A stretch of DNA of 64,000 bases from an uncultured delta proteobacterium (GCA_963769935.1 CAVYNY010000016.1:32001-96000), one strand, 5' to 3'; positions 1 through 11,119 are shown, numbered from the stretch's first letter. The notes: generated from the letters alone by a model not told the origin. Translations and numbers: made by a program.

Positions 1-2
1 AC

Positions 3-233
3 GGCCAACTGGGCCAGTTCGACAAAGCCCTGGCCCTGATTGACAAAGCCCTCGAGATGCAGCCTCAAAACGGATTGTATCTCTACGGCCGCGGCCGAGT
101 CTACCTGCTGGCCGGCGAAAAGGAGAAAGCCATGCAGGATTTCAAGAAGGCTGCCGAACTGGATAATGGTGATGCCCGGAATTATCTGGATTGGCTCGCG
201 CGCAATGAAGAATCACCGACAAGTGACGAATGA
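3..233 (+). CDS. TPR-repeat protein, C-terminal part (starts before window)
   Basis: Manual frame-3 translation GQLGQFDKALALIDKALEMQPQNGLYLYGRGRVYLLAGEKEKAMQDFKKAAELD...SDE-stop shows TPR periodicity; not in the ORF track. Confidence 0.8.
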   Translation, partial: GQLGQFDKALALIDKALEMQPQNGLYLYGRGRVYLLAGEKEKAMQDFKKAAELDNGDARNYLDWLARNEESPTSDE

Positions 234-340
234 AGCAGATAATTACTCCGCCCTGCAAAATAGCGACATCAGGTACGGATAAAACAAAGTCTTCCAATTT
301 GAAGCTGATGAGGATGTTTAATGTTATCCGGGCGGATTAA

Positions 341-3319
341 TTAGCTGTCAGCGGTTTTTGGCGCCAAAATAACGGCCTGGGATTTTTTACCGTCAATTTT
401 TATGGTCAGGGGATTTTCCAGCCGGGCATGGTTCAGATAGGTGGCTTCCGCCTCGGTGGGCATTGATCGCAGCCACTGCCAGTCAATGAAATCGGTGTCC
501 AAAGGCGCGGCGGTTAAATAGCCGATACCCAGCGATGTGATGTTTTGAAAAAAATGGGACCCCTGGGATGGATCGGCTTTCAGGTTTTCGATGGTGGTTT
601 CGATGATGACCCCCACACCCGAGATATCATGCCAGCTCACCGGTATGCCGAGCCAGCGGTCGGCCGAACCCCACCGGCCCGGACCGATCAGCAGATACTT
701 GCGCTTTTGCTGAACCAGCTTTTTGTTGATCCGGCCGATCTCGGCAGCGATCTCAAGGGTGCGGGCCGGATCGAACGTGTCGGGATTGACGTAGACGATG
801 TCGGCGATATCATTTGAACTGCCGTTGCCCAGGGCTGATGTTGAATAACAAACGGCCGCGTCAACATCTTCAGCACTGATCTCCACGTCCATCTGATGGC
901 GGCTGATTCCCATGGGCCTGATCTGGAGCAAATCAAACGACGGCCGCACCGCACCTTCGGCGGGCAGCTTCACCGCAAATTCCATTTCCACCGGACATCC
1001 CATGCCCCGCCGCCCGATTTCCAGCACGTCCGCCAGTATCTCCGCCAGAGGAAATGCGCGATATTTGAGTACATTGGCAAATGTCAGCACGGGATATCCG
1101 GTATTGCCGGCGCCGTCCCTGATCCTGTGATCCTGGGGGGAATATGAGCTGGTCAGGAGCTTTACCGGCGGGTCATCGGCGGCCTCATCAATTTCCAGCT
1201 TTGCCAGGCTCGCCGCTTCGTTGACTTCCAGGTTTGGCGTAAAATTCTTCAGCTTCAGGGCATAGAAAAAGCGCTGGGAATTTTTCAATATATCATCCAC
1301 GGTTGAAAATTGTGGCAGAAATTGGGGATATCTGGGAGAAAAACGCAGCGACGTGCCCCCTTCCACCACGGTTTTGCCAAGCCCCAGGGCAATGTGGGCA
1401 ATACCTTCTTCCGGTTTCAAATGAGAGATGGGGTAAAAATTATAGGACTGCGCCACGCCGGAGATGGTCGGGTAAAAATAATCGCCGTAAACCGCTCCGG
1501 TTAACTGCTGGATGACCACCGCCATCATCTCGTCCTCCATGCGATGAAACGTGCTTTTGGCATAGGCCTTGGGACTCTCATAATAGGTGGACGCATAAAC
1601 CAGCTTGATGGCCGCAATCAGACGCGCGAGCCGGGCGGCCGGGTCGGGATGGTTGTTGGGCAGCATGTAGGTTTTATAGATACCGGCAAACGGTTGAAAC
1701 TGGGCATCTTCCAGCAGACTGGAAGACCGCACGGCCAGGGGATAGCGCGCCTGCGCTACGAACAATTTAAGGTCGGTTTGCAGCCATTCCGGAAATCGGG
1801 CCTTTAGAAATAAATCGGCGATCTCCGCATCGCTGCGCTCGGAGGTTGCCAACCCTTTGAGGTCGTTATCGTTGACAAAGGCATCAAATCCTTCGGTTGA
1901 AAGCACCAGAGATTTGGGGACCTGGATGTCGACATCCTTAAATTTTTTTTGCAGATCCGGGTTTTCTTTGAGTTGGGTTGAGATAAACGCCAGCCCTCTG
2001 GCTTTGCCGCCGAGGGAGCCTTTGCCGACTTTGACAAAGTCGGCATCCGGATCATATGCGCCTTTCACCAGCTCTGTAATCAGCCCCTTCTGGCGTCCCT
2101 TGCGCCGCTCGTGGATGCAGTTGACCAGATACTTTTTAAGTTCGCCGGCGTTCGGAAAATCACTGACCTTGACCAATTTGAGTTTGGAGGCCAGCATCAC
2201 TTCGGAGCGGGCCATCAGCCAGCTGGAAAAATGGTTGTGCCGGCCATGATAATAAATGGATTCGTCCGGAATAGCGGGCAAAATATTTTCCATCTCGCGC
2301 AAATTCGATGCCCGGGCGATTTCCCGGCCAATCGGCAGGCGGAAAATAAAATCACCGAACCCCAGATATGTCATAAAAAAACTGCGAATATCCGAATGCA
2401 GGGTGGGTGAGTTTTTGTTCAGGAACATGGCCGCAATCTCCCGCGCCTGATGCCGGTTGGATTCTTCCGAGCTGAGGTTGAGCAGCGGCAGGTCGGGCTC
2501 TTCCTGCCGGATCCGGCTCAGCAGCTTGAATCCGGCCTGATCATCCATTTGTCCGCCCCTTGGAAAGCGAACGTCTGAAAAAACGCTGAGCAGATACGGC
2601 CGGTATTGCTGATAGAGATCGAGCGCTTCCTCAAAAGTTTCGGCCAGCAGGATTTTGGGACGTGCGCGCATCCTGAGAATCCGATGCTCATCATTAACGG
2701 ATTCTTCCATCACGGCCTGGGTTTGCGTGACGATCTCCTTGTAAAGCAGCGGCAACAGTAAAGAGCAAAAGATGGGAGAGTCTTCCACCAGAATAATCAC
2801 CCGCACCCGCGCGCGCCGGGTGTCGTAGGCGACATTCATCTGATCTTCGCGATTTTTAATAAGCGCCAGCAAAAGATCCGAATTGCCGTACCAGACCCAC
2901 ACCCGATCGATGGATTTGCGCTCGGTGTATTTGCGCTCGAGCAGGTGTCTGCTCGTGTCCTGTATCATCAGGTAAACCGGCAGCTCCGCATGGATGTCTT
3001 TTATCTGCCTTCCTAAATCATAGGCATTGATTTCATCAACCTGGGGCATGGTAATGACAAGATCAAATTTCTTGCGGGACAGGGCATCCAACGCTTGCCG
3101 GGCGGAGGACACCCAGGTCAGCATGGGGGGGCGCGAAAGGTTCAGGCCGCGATATTCATAGATGATTCGTTCGGCCAGCCGGCCCTCTTCCTCCATTATA
3201 AACGCTTCATAGGGGCTTGAAACCAGAAGGATATCCGTGACCTTCCGGGCCATCAGCTCATGGAACACTTTGAAAGATAGGTCAAAAGCCTCTGAATTTT
3301 GAATGAGATCGCTGAACAT
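341..3319 (-). CDS. PEP/pyruvate-binding (PPDK_N) domain protein with N-terminal receiver-like domains
   Basis: 992 aa; GSLGGKARGL, LAVRSSSLLED, GLGKTVVEG and LLQIRP motifs of the PPDK/PEP-synthase nucleotide-binding domain; REC-like segments (FDLVIT, IILVED..SDVRFP). Confidence 0.8.
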   Translation of the reverse strand: MFSDLIQNSEAFDLSFKVFHELMARKVTDILLVSSPYEAFIMEEEGRLAERIIYEYRGLNLSRPPMLTWVSSARQALDALSRKKFDLVITMPQVDEINAYDLGRQIKDIHAELPVYLMIQDTSRHLLERKYTERKSIDRVWVWYGNSDLLLALIKNREDQMNVAYDTRRARVRVIILVEDSPIFCSLLLPLLYKEIVTQTQAVMEESVNDEHRILRMRARPKILLAETFEEALDLYQQYRPYLLSVFSDVRFPRGGQMDDQAGFKLLSRIRQEEPDLPLLNLSSEESNRHQAREIAAMFLNKNSPTLHSDIRSFFMTYLGFGDFIFRLPIGREIARASNLREMENILPAIPDESIYYHGRHNHFSSWLMARSEVMLASKLKLVKVSDFPNAGELKKYLVNCIHERRKGRQKGLITELVKGAYDPDADFVKVGKGSLGGKARGLAFISTQLKENPDLQKKFKDVDIQVPKSLVLSTEGFDAFVNDNDLKGLATSERSDAEIADLFLKARFPEWLQTDLKLFVAQARYPLAVRSSSLLEDAQFQPFAGIYKTYMLPNNHPDPAARLARLIAAIKLVYASTYYESPKAYAKSTFHRMEDEMMAVVIQQLTGAVYGDYFYPTISGVAQSYNFYPISHLKPEEGIAHIALGLGKTVVEGGTSLRFSPRYPQFLPQFSTVDDILKNSQRFFYALKLKNFTPNLEVNEAASLAKLEIDEAADDPPVKLLTSSYSPQDHRIRDGAGNTGYPVLTFANVLKYRAFPLAEILADVLEIGRRGMGCPVEMEFAVKLPAEGAVRPSFDLLQIRPMGISRHQMDVEISAEDVDAAVCYSTSALGNGSSNDIADIVYVNPDTFDPARTLEIAAEIGRINKKLVQQKRKYLLIGPGRWGSADRWLGIPVSWHDISGVGVIIETTIENLKADPSQGSHFFQNITSLGIGYLTAAPLDTDFIDWQWLRSMPTEAEATYLNHARLENPLTIKIDGKKSQAVILAPKTADS

Positions 3320-3394
3320 AGCGCACTAAGTATAGAAATGTTGGGCAATGAATGCAACAGTTTTGCGAGGGACGGGAGGGTGGGGATCGAAGAT

Positions 3395-3930
3395 GCCCAG
3401 CTCATAGTTCATAGGTGAGAGGCATGGCGAAAGGAGAGAAGGTGAGAGGGTGAGAAGTCAAGGGTGAAAGGCTGAAAGGTTAAAGGTTAAAGGTGAAAGG
3501 TGGGGGCAATGGAGAGAAGCTGAGAGACTAGGAAGGCTGAAAAGATTGAAGTTGAGAAAGTGGGAGGGTGAGAAGGTGAAGAGGTCAAAGGTGAAAGGCG
3601 AAAGGCTAAAGGTGAAGGTGGGCGGCAACGGAGATGTGAGCTGGAAAGCTGAAAGATGAAGCTGGGAAGCGGGATGCGGCGCACGGCTGGAAGGCGAAGG
3701 GCTGCGAGGCATGGAACGAGCGTTGCGGGGTGCGGGGTGCGGCCATGGGGCAAAGTAGCATGGCGCATTAGCGTAAAAAAGCAGGAGCGGGGGATGGGCT
3801 ACGAGTTTCGTATTCCAGTCGCGAGTCGCATAAACAGACGCAAGGCATAGGGCTCAAGGCGCAGGGCAGACGGTATATGGTATATGGTGTAAGGTTTAAG
3901 TCCGCGGGCAAAGGACATAGGACCTGGCAT
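3395..3930. repeat. Purine-rich mosaic of ~7-nt tandem repeats
   Basis: Runs such as GGTGAAA/GGCTGAAA/GGTTAAA, GTGAGAAG, GCGGGGT, GCATAGG, GTATATG read directly. Confidence 0.75.
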
Positions 3931-3946
3931 AAAGCTTATCTAATTC

Positions 3947-4882
3947 CTATGAGCTATCAGCTGGCGCGGCAGCGCCTCCCAGCTTCCCCTGCCAGGAATC
4001 TCTTTTTTCCAGCATTGCTTGTATTTGCGCCAGAGTTTCGGATTTTCTGAGCGACCATTGGGGTGCCGTGAGTTCATCGGGATGGGGATCGCCCGTCAGG
4101 CGCTGAATGATCATATGGCGTGGAATACGTTCAAGAAAATCACATACAAGATCGACATATTCCTGCTGCTCCAGGCACCGGTAACGGCCCTGGCGGTATA
4201 GTGTTTCAAGCCGGGTTCCTTTAATCACATACAGCAGATGCAGTTTGAGTCCGTCGATACCCGACGCGGCTATGACTTGAGCGGTGTGGAGCATATCGCT
4301 GCGGCTCTCAGCGGGCAGGCCGAGAATTACATGGGCACAGATTTTGATTTGCCTGTTTAATGTGGCGTTGACCGCATCCCGGAAACATTGGACATCGTGC
4401 CCCCGGTTGATCAAAACCAGCGTTGCATCGCTGGCGGACTGCAATCCGTACTCGATCCAGACCAGGTATCTCTGGGCGTAATCCTGCAACAGATCCAAAA
4501 CCGGCTCATCGACACAATCCGGGCGCGTGCCGATGGAGAGACCGACAACGTCTTCTACGGCCAGGGCTTCATCATACAGGCGCTTGAGCGTGTCAATCGG
4601 AGCATAGGTGTTGGAAAATGACTGAAAATAGGCCATGAATTTCCCGGCCTTGTAGCGCCGGGAGAGCGCTTGTTTGCCCTGCACTAGTTGTTCGGTTATC
4701 GACAGCCCGCGGGAGAGAGCGCCGGTTCCGGACCCGCGGGCATTGCAGTAAATACATCCACCGGCGCCAACTGTGCCGTCGCGATTGGGGCAGGAAAGCC
4801 CGGCATCGATGGTTATTTTTTGCACCCGGCAGCCGAAGAGGGATCGAAAATAGGTGTTCAGATCGTTGTAGCGCTTGTACAT
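3947..4882 (-). CDS. Radical SAM protein, TIGR01212/YhcC family
   Basis: CPNRDG...GGCIYC, YFQSFSNTY, IGTRPDC, GLKLHLL, QRLTGD motifs. Confidence 0.9.
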   Translation of the reverse strand: MYKRYNDLNTYFRSLFGCRVQKITIDAGLSCPNRDGTVGAGGCIYCNARGSGTGALSRGLSITEQLVQGKQALSRRYKAGKFMAYFQSFSNTYAPIDTLKRLYDEALAVEDVVGLSIGTRPDCVDEPVLDLLQDYAQRYLVWIEYGLQSASDATLVLINRGHDVQCFRDAVNATLNRQIKICAHVILGLPAESRSDMLHTAQVIAASGIDGLKLHLLYVIKGTRLETLYRQGRYRCLEQQEYVDLVCDFLERIPRHMIIQRLTGDPHPDELTAPQWSLRKSETLAQIQAMLEKRDSWQGKLGGAAAPADSS

Positions 4883-5054
4883 AATTAATCCGCCCTGAAA
4901 AACAGCAAATTCAGAGTCCTATGGGGTTTTTGAAAACTGAAGTAACTTGTTTGATCGAACATCCCGCGGCTTAATTATTTTATGCTGCGCATTTTTTTCT
5001 TTTCTTATAAGCGGTTATCTGGAAAGTTCCAGTTGAATTCGATTGTAAGTTATC

Positions 5055-5130
5055 TCACCACGAAGAACACAAAGATCACGTGGGAAAGACAGAACATATT
5101 GACATTCCCTCTTCATGTCCTGCGTGGTTA
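5055..5130. repeat. CACGAA-type inverted-repeat element
   Basis: TCACCACGAAGAACACAAAG ... CTTCATGTCCTGCGTGGTTA; related to 57952-58071. Confidence 0.55.
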
Positions 5131-5281
5131 AAGGTGTATTAATTAAGCTTTCTGCATAAACGTTTAGAATTTACTTTGACATGACTCTGTCCATTTATTA
5201 CCAAACCTTGACCGCACCATCGGTCGGCAGTATAATCAACGTTCTTCTAATATCAAAGTACGCGACCAGTGGCAATTCATA

Positions 5282-7165
5282 ATGACTTTTTACACTGAAA
5301 AATACGACGTCATCGTCATCGGTGCCGGACACGCCGGGTGCGAAGCGGCGCTGGCGGCAGCACGCATGGGGTGCCGGGTGCTGATGTTGGCCATCGATCT
5401 CGATAAACTGGCGGCCATGCCCTGCAGTCCATCCATCGGCGGTATGGCCAAAGGACAGCTGGTAAAAGAAATCGACGCCCTGGGAGGCGAGATGGCTAAA
5501 ACCACCGACAAAACGGCCATTCAATACCGCACCCTCAACACCAAAAAAGGTCCTGCCGTTCAATCATCCCGCACCCAGAACGACAAAGTGCGCTATCATT
5601 TGGCCATGAAAGCGGTGGTGGAAAGCCGGCCGGGCCTCGATCTCAAACAGGCCCTGATCGAACGGCTGATCGTCGAAAATAACCGCATTGCCGGGGTTGA
5701 GGATTACACCGGCTTCGGCTACCAGGCGCCGGTGGTAATTCTAGCCACGGGCACCTTTTTAAGCGGCCTGGTTCACATCGGCTTCAACTCGATAAAGGCC
5801 GGCCGCGCCGGCGAATTCGCCTCCTATGGCCTGGCCGCCAACCTGAAAGAACTTGGCTTCCGGCTGGGACGGCTCAAAACGGGCACCCCTCCCCGGCTTA
5901 AAAAACAAAGTATTGATTTTACCAAATTCAGCGCCCAGGGGACCGATGCCGCCCCCAGCCCGTTTTCCTTTTTTACCGATAAGATAACCATGCCGCAGAT
6001 GCCCAGCTACATGGGGTATACCAGCCCGCGGAGCCATGCAGTCTTGCGCCGCAATCTAGCACGCTCGGCCCTTTACGGCGGCATTGTAAAGGGGATCTCC
6101 GCCCGCTATTGTCCGTCATTTGAGGATAAAATCGTTAAATTTCCCGGCAAAGACCGCCACCAGATCATCCTTGAACCGGAAGGGGTTGATACCGATGAAA
6201 TCTATGCCAGCGGTTTGGGCAACTCACTTCCCATGGAAGTTCAGGTTGAACTGGTCCGGTCAATTGATGGCCTGGAATCCGCTGAAATCATGCGGCCGGC
6301 CTACGCCATCGAATACGACTACGTCAACCCCATCCAGCTGAAGCCGACCCTGGAAACAAAACTGGTGGCAGGACTCTTCCTCGCAGGGCAAATCAACGGG
6401 ACATCAGGCTATGAAGAAGCCGCCGCCCAGGGAATTTGGGCCGGCATTAATGCCGCCTGCCGGATACAGGCAAGACCGGCCTTTATTTTGGACCGCTCCC
6501 AGGCTTACATGGGAGTGATGATTGATGATCTCGTTACCCGCGGCACCCTCGAACCCTACCGCATGTTTACCAGCCGGGCGGAATATCGTCTCATGCTGCG
6601 GGAAGACAATGCCGCCTTGCGGCTGATGAAAACAGGCCATGAACTCGGTCTGATTGATGATCTTGCCCTCGCCGAGCTGCAGGAGCGCAAGGACCAGATC
6701 GAAAACGAAATTAAGCGCGTCAAGCAAACTGTCGTAAAACCGACGACTATTACCAATGAATACCTGCTGAGCCGGGGATCAAAACCAATCGACAATGGAA
6801 TCCATCTGGCCCAATTGCTTAAAAGGGGCGAACTGGACTACCGCGCGGTGCAAGCCCTTGCCGCAAGCCCTTTCGGTATCCGCCCGGAAGTTGCCCGCCA
6901 GGTGGAGATAGAGATTAAATACGAAGGCTACATTCAAAAACAACTGCGGGAAATTGAACGCTTTAAAAATTTAGAACAGATTAAAATACCGGCTGATTTC
7001 GAATTTTCAAAGGTCCACGGTTTATCCAACGAATTAAAAGAAAAACTGACCGGTGTAAAACCCACCTCGCTGGGCCAGGCCTCCCGCATCGAAGGCATCA
7101 CCCCGGCCGCCATCTCGGTGCTGATGGTGGCGCTGAAGGCCGGAGCGCAAAAGATTGAAAATTGA
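5282..7165 (+). CDS. mnmG: tRNA uridine-5-carboxymethylaminomethyl modification enzyme MnmG (GidA)
   Basis: [68 protein letters not shown]. Confidence 0.98.
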   Translation: MTFYTEKYDVIVIGAGHAGCEAALAAARMGCRVLMLAIDLDKLAAMPCSPSIGGMAKGQLVKEIDALGGEMAKTTDKTAIQYRTLNTKKGPAVQSSRTQNDKVRYHLAMKAVVESRPGLDLKQALIERLIVENNRIAGVEDYTGFGYQAPVVILATGTFLSGLVHIGFNSIKAGRAGEFASYGLAANLKELGFRLGRLKTGTPPRLKKQSIDFTKFSAQGTDAAPSPFSFFTDKITMPQMPSYMGYTSPRSHAVLRRNLARSALYGGIVKGISARYCPSFEDKIVKFPGKDRHQIILEPEGVDTDEIYASGLGNSLPMEVQVELVRSIDGLESAEIMRPAYAIEYDYVNPIQLKPTLETKLVAGLFLAGQINGTSGYEEAAAQGIWAGINAACRIQARPAFILDRSQAYMGVMIDDLVTRGTLEPYRMFTSRAEYRLMLREDNAALRLMKTGHELGLIDDLALAELQERKDQIENEIKRVKQTVVKPTTITNEYLLSRGSKPIDNGIHLAQLLKRGELDYRAVQALAASPFGIRPEVARQVEIEIKYEGYIQKQLREIERFKNLEQIKIPADFEFSKVHGLSNELKEKLTGVKPTSLGQASRIEGITPAAISVLMVALKAGAQKIEN

Positions 7166-7290
7166 ATACCGTAGATTGAATATTTAAGGTATTCTTCCTG
7201 TTTTTATGGTACCGGCTGATTTGTTAAGATGGCATATAAAATGATAACATTCCACAAATATTCAGTATTCAATTTTCAGTATTCAATTTT
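7153..7290. repeat. ATTGAA/TTCAAT heptamer inverted-repeat element
   Basis: Head GATTGAAAATTGAA..GATTGAATATTTAAGGTATTCT, tail AAATATTCAGTATTCAATTTTCAGTATTCAAT; closely similar to 63303-63415. Confidence 0.75.
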
Positions 7291-7414
7291 TATAAAATCC
7301 TTGTATTCTTGACACGTTAGCTCTTGCACATTATCTTTTTAGCAAAAAAAAACAATACCGGTTCGTCGGCTTCGTTAACATTTAGACGAATGATGATAGT
7401 GAGGTTTGTCCAAG

Positions 7415-8329
7415 ATGGCTGAAGATTATTACCAAATCCTGGGTGTCAAAAAAGACGCCAGCCGCGATGAAATTAAAAAGGCTTACCGCAAGCTGGCCAT
7501 GAAGTACCATCCCGATCACTCCAAAGGCGATAAAGCTGCTGAAGAGAAATTCAAAAAGATAAGCGAAGCTTACGCTGTACTGAGCGATAAAGAGAAACGC
7601 AAAGAGTATGATACATTCGGCTCCGAAGGTTTTCGCCAGCGCTTCAGCCAGGAAGATATTTTCCGTGGATTCGATTTTGGAGACATTTTCAGAGAATTCG
7701 GGTTCGGCGGCGGAGATTCTTTCAGCGGCCGATCAGGCGGCAGGCGCTATAACTTCGGCGGCGGTTCAGGCTTCAATTTTGGCGGCGCGCAACAACAGAC
7801 CCGGACGAAAGGGTCGGATCTGGTTTACGAACTACCGCTGACATTGCAGGAGGTCGCCGCTGGCACCAGTAAAGTGATCACCTTTCAACATCAGGGCGGA
7901 ACCGAAAATCTAACCGTGAAAATTCCTCCGGGATTGATCAGCGGTAAAAAGCTGCGATTGGCCGGAAAGGGTAGTCCAAGCCCTTACGGCGGACCGGCCG
8001 GTGATCTTTTCATAAAATCGAAAGTCCTCAACGACCCGGTTTTCGATACCGAAAAGCAGGATATTTTTTTAAATCGGGAGTTAAAGCTCAGCGAAGCAAT
8101 TTTGGGAACCACCATCTCTGTTCCGACGATTGACGGCAAGCAATTGAGCCTGAAAATACCGGCCGGTACAAAACATGGGACCAAGATGCGGTTGTCGGGT
8201 CACGGCCTGCCGGGGATGAAAAGCAGTAAAAAAGGCGATCTTTTTGTCCGGATCCAGGTCAATATACCGAAACACCTCAGCGCCCAGCAAAAAAAGTTAG
8301 TTGAAGAATTGGCTGCCGCCGGGCTGTAA
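7415..8329 (+). CDS. DnaJ-class co-chaperone without zinc finger (CbpA-like)
   Basis: J domain with HPD, G/F-rich linker, DnaJ_C; no CxxCxGxG repeats; GAGGT RBS before ATG 7415. Confidence 0.9.
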   Translation: MAEDYYQILGVKKDASRDEIKKAYRKLAMKYHPDHSKGDKAAEEKFKKISEAYAVLSDKEKRKEYDTFGSEGFRQRFSQEDIFRGFDFGDIFREFGFGGGDSFSGRSGGRRYNFGGGSGFNFGGAQQQTRTKGSDLVYELPLTLQEVAAGTSKVITFQHQGGTENLTVKIPPGLISGKKLRLAGKGSPSPYGGPAGDLFIKSKVLNDPVFDTEKQDIFLNRELKLSEAILGTTISVPTIDGKQLSLKIPAGTKHGTKMRLSGHGLPGMKSSKKGDLFVRIQVNIPKHLSAQQKKLVEELAAAGL

Positions 8330-8342
8330 GGAATCAAAATTA

Positions 8343-8371
8343 TTGACAAGAACGCTCAATCGAGGTAATCT
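8343..8371 (+). promoter_or_regulatory. sigma70-type promoter
   Basis: TTGACA-N17-TAATCT upstream of the 8450 CDS. Confidence 0.55.
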
Positions 8372-8449
8372 TATACAGGAAAATAGACAGAAAGTCCGGC
8401 ATCTTACCACCCAGGTTAAGCCTAAAATTACAAGCAATGGGGTTAACGT

Positions 8450-11119
8450 ATGATTATTACCTGTGAAGAGTGCAATTCAAGCTTCAATGTTAGCGACAGT
8501 CTGATAAAAGAGAGTGGTTCCAAAGTTAGATGTTCAAAATGTGACAACGTTTTTGTGGCATATCCGCAACTGTCTGACGATGAGTTGGCACTCGAGGCCG
8601 ATGAACCATTGCCGGGGCAGAATGAAAATCTGGAGTTGGAAGATCTTGATTCTGCACTCGGTGATTTTTTAAACGAAGATAAAGAAGATGATGAAGAAAC
8701 TGAAGCGCCGACGGCGTATTCCGCAACCGAGGAAATCGAACTTGATTTAGATGACTTTGATAACACTCCGGAACCGGAGTCGAAAAATGCATTGCAGGAG
8801 ACCGACGGCGAACTGGAACTGGATCTGGATTTTGACCAGGACGACGACTCCGGTCCGGTGCTGAGCCAAGAGGAAGCAGCCGGCGATGAGCTGCCGGATC
8901 TGGGTGATCTCGAGGACCTCGATGATATCGAGGATATCGAGGATCTGGGCGCGCTTGATGAGGCAGGATTGACCGAGGAAGAGAATGATTCCGGTTTTGA
9001 AGACCTCGAGCTTGAAATGGAAAACGAAGCCGGCGGCGAATCAGAAGACGGCGAGCTTGAACTGGAAGAAGAGGGCGGGTTGGATCTTACCGGCCTGGGA
9101 CTCGAAGAAGAAGACTTATCAACATTGGAGAAGCAGCCGGCGGCAGAATCTGAGGAGTCGGATCTTGGGCTGGATCTTGAACTGGACACCGCGGATCAGA
9201 ATGGCCGGGAGGATGCCGGGGCGGATTTGGAAGTGGAAGATGCCGATGAACTGGACCTTACGGATTTGGAGCTGGCTATCGATAATGAAGCCGATACCGC
9301 AGCTGCCGGGAAACCCGAATCCGAAAATTCGGCCCTTGCCCGGAAAGCCGAACACCCTCTCGGTATCGAAGATTCGGATGCCGGTCTGGAAATGGAAGAA
9401 GCCGATGAGCTTGATTTATCGGATTTCGAGCTTGACATGGAAGATGACACTGTATCCGAAGAAGCCTCGGCCGCCGGATCGGATGATTTGGATTTCGACC
9501 TTGACTTGGATTTCGAATCCGAAGCCGGCGCAGACGGTAGGGATGCTGAAACAGAAACGGCAGAATCAGATGCGGATGAACTCGACCTTTCCGACCTTTC
9601 GGATATAATGGATGAAGCGGCCGCGCCGACGGCTGATTCTCAGCCGGATGAATTGAACCTTGAATTGGAACTTGAATCCGACGGACGGACAGCTGAAGAG
9701 GCGACCGCCATGACTGACAATTCAGAAGGCGTCGACGAGCTGGATCTCTCAGATTTGGGCGATTTCATGGAAACCGGTGAGACGCCTGCAAAACAGACCG
9801 CCGCAGAGGATACGGTGCAGGACCTTGAGCTGGATCTCGATCTTGATATGGCGGAGAGCCCCTCTGCAGCCGATGCCGCTGCCAATGCCGGCGATGAGTT
9901 GGACTTTTCAGATCTGGAACAGTTGCTGGAATCCGATGAGACGCCCACGGTTGAAGCTGCTGACAATAAAAATACCGATGAGCTCGAACTTCAGTTCGAT
10001 CTCGATGAATCTTCCGGCGGCGAACCTGCAGCGGCTGCCGGTCAGGATGGTGAAGCCGCCCAAGAGGATGACTTTTTAGATATCGAGCAGATGCTGGAGG
10101 AAGGCGAGGCCACGACCTCTGAGCAGCCATCTGACTATGCGGCCGATATAACGGACTTGCCCCTGGAAATGGAAGCCGCACTCGATGATGCCTCAAAAGG
10201 GGCTGAAGCCGAACTCGAGCTGGATTTTGACCTGGAAAGCGAGCTCCAGGAAAAAGAGGATATGTTTGACAGGGGTCCGTCAGACGATCAACAGCTGGAA
10301 TCAAATTTGCTGGCATCCGATGAAGTCGATTTTCTAGAAGAGGCCGGAATCCAGGAGACGCAATTTCAGGATGGGCCCGAAACGAGCGTTGTCGGCACTG
10401 ATGATTTTGCCTCGGATGAGCTTGGTGCAACGCAGGGTGCCTACGGCGCCACTCACGTGCTGCCCGCTGCCGGAGATGATTCGGCGGCGGAAGCAGAAGA
10501 ATTTTATGAAGAGGAGCCGCCGCTGCGCAGATCCGGTGGTCGGTCGAAAAAGCCGGTACTCGTCGTATTGTTGCTTCTGGTTTTGGGAGTGGGTGTAATT
10601 ATTGTTCCCAATATGCTGGGAATAAAAATTCCCTATATTAGTGATATCAAAATTCCCTACCTCAGCGACCTGCAGGTCAAGATTCCCTATTTGAGCGATT
10701 GGCTGAATCCCGAGGGACAGGATGTCGCCGGCAACCTGAAACTCATCCCCCTGGGAAACACGATCAACGGAAAGTTTGTTGCCAACTCCCGGATCGGTCA
10801 GATCTTTGTCATTCAGGGCGAAATCAGAAATGACTATGATCACCCGCGCAGTCATATCAAAGTAACCGGCAAACTTTTTCAAAAAGGGAATAAAATGGCC
10901 CAAAAGGCCACCGTCTACTGCGGCAATGTGCTCTCCGATTCAGAGCTGGCTGCCATGGATATGACGACCATCCGGAAAAGATTGATGAATCCAGCCGGCG
11001 ATAGGAGAATCGACCTGAAAGTCAAAACCGGAAATATGGTCCCTTTTATGATCGTGTTTGACCATCTTCCGGGCAATCTTGACGAATTCAGCGTTGAAGT
11101 GGCGGGATCCTCAATTTAA
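8450..11119 (+). CDS. Zinc-ribbon + long acidic linker + TM + DUF3426-like protein (ZitP-like architecture)
   Basis: MIITCEECNSSF...KVRCSKCDNVF zinc ribbon; ~650 aa D/E/L-rich region; TM VLVVLLLLVLGVGVIIV; C-terminal IQGEIRN...PFMIVF...F.VEV. Confidence 0.8.
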   Translation: MIITCEECNSSFNVSDSLIKESGSKVRCSKCDNVFVAYPQLSDDELALEADEPLPGQNENLELEDLDSALGDFLNEDKEDDEETEAPTAYSATEEIELDLDDFDNTPEPESKNALQETDGELELDLDFDQDDDSGPVLSQEEAAGDELPDLGDLEDLDDIEDIEDLGALDEAGLTEEENDSGFEDLELEMENEAGGESEDGELELEEEGGLDLTGLGLEEEDLSTLEKQPAAESEESDLGLDLELDTADQNGREDAGADLEVEDADELDLTDLELAIDNEADTAAAGKPESENSALARKAEHPLGIEDSDAGLEMEEADELDLSDFELDMEDDTVSEEASAAGSDDLDFDLDLDFESEAGADGRDAETETAESDADELDLSDLSDIMDEAAAPTADSQPDELNLELELESDGRTAEEATAMTDNSEGVDELDLSDLGDFMETGETPAKQTAAEDTVQDLELDLDLDMAESPSAADAAANAGDELDFSDLEQLLESDETPTVEAADNKNTDELELQFDLDESSGGEPAAAAGQDGEAAQEDDFLDIEQMLEEGEATTSEQPSDYAADITDLPLEMEAALDDASKGAEAELELDFDLESELQEKEDMFDRGPSDDQQLESNLLASDEVDFLEEAGIQETQFQDGPETSVVGTDDFASDELGATQGAYGATHVLPAAGDDSAAEAEEFYEEEPPLRRSGGRSKKPVLVVLLLLVLGVGVIIVPNMLGIKIPYISDIKIPYLSDLQVKIPYLSDWLNPEGQDVAGNLKLIPLGNTINGKFVANSRIGQIFVIQGEIRNDYDHPRSHIKVTGKLFQKGNKMAQKATVYCGNVLSDSELAAMDMTTIRKRLMNPAGDRRIDLKVKTGNMVPFMIVFDHLPGNLDEFSVEVAGSSI

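Noticed and set aside
3458..3850. ORFs 3458-3712, 3487-3768 and 3656-3850
   Set aside because: Low-complexity translations of the heptamer repeat tract.
8443..9966. Serine-rich antisense ORFs
   Set aside because: Shadows of the Asp/Glu-rich gene on the opposite strand.
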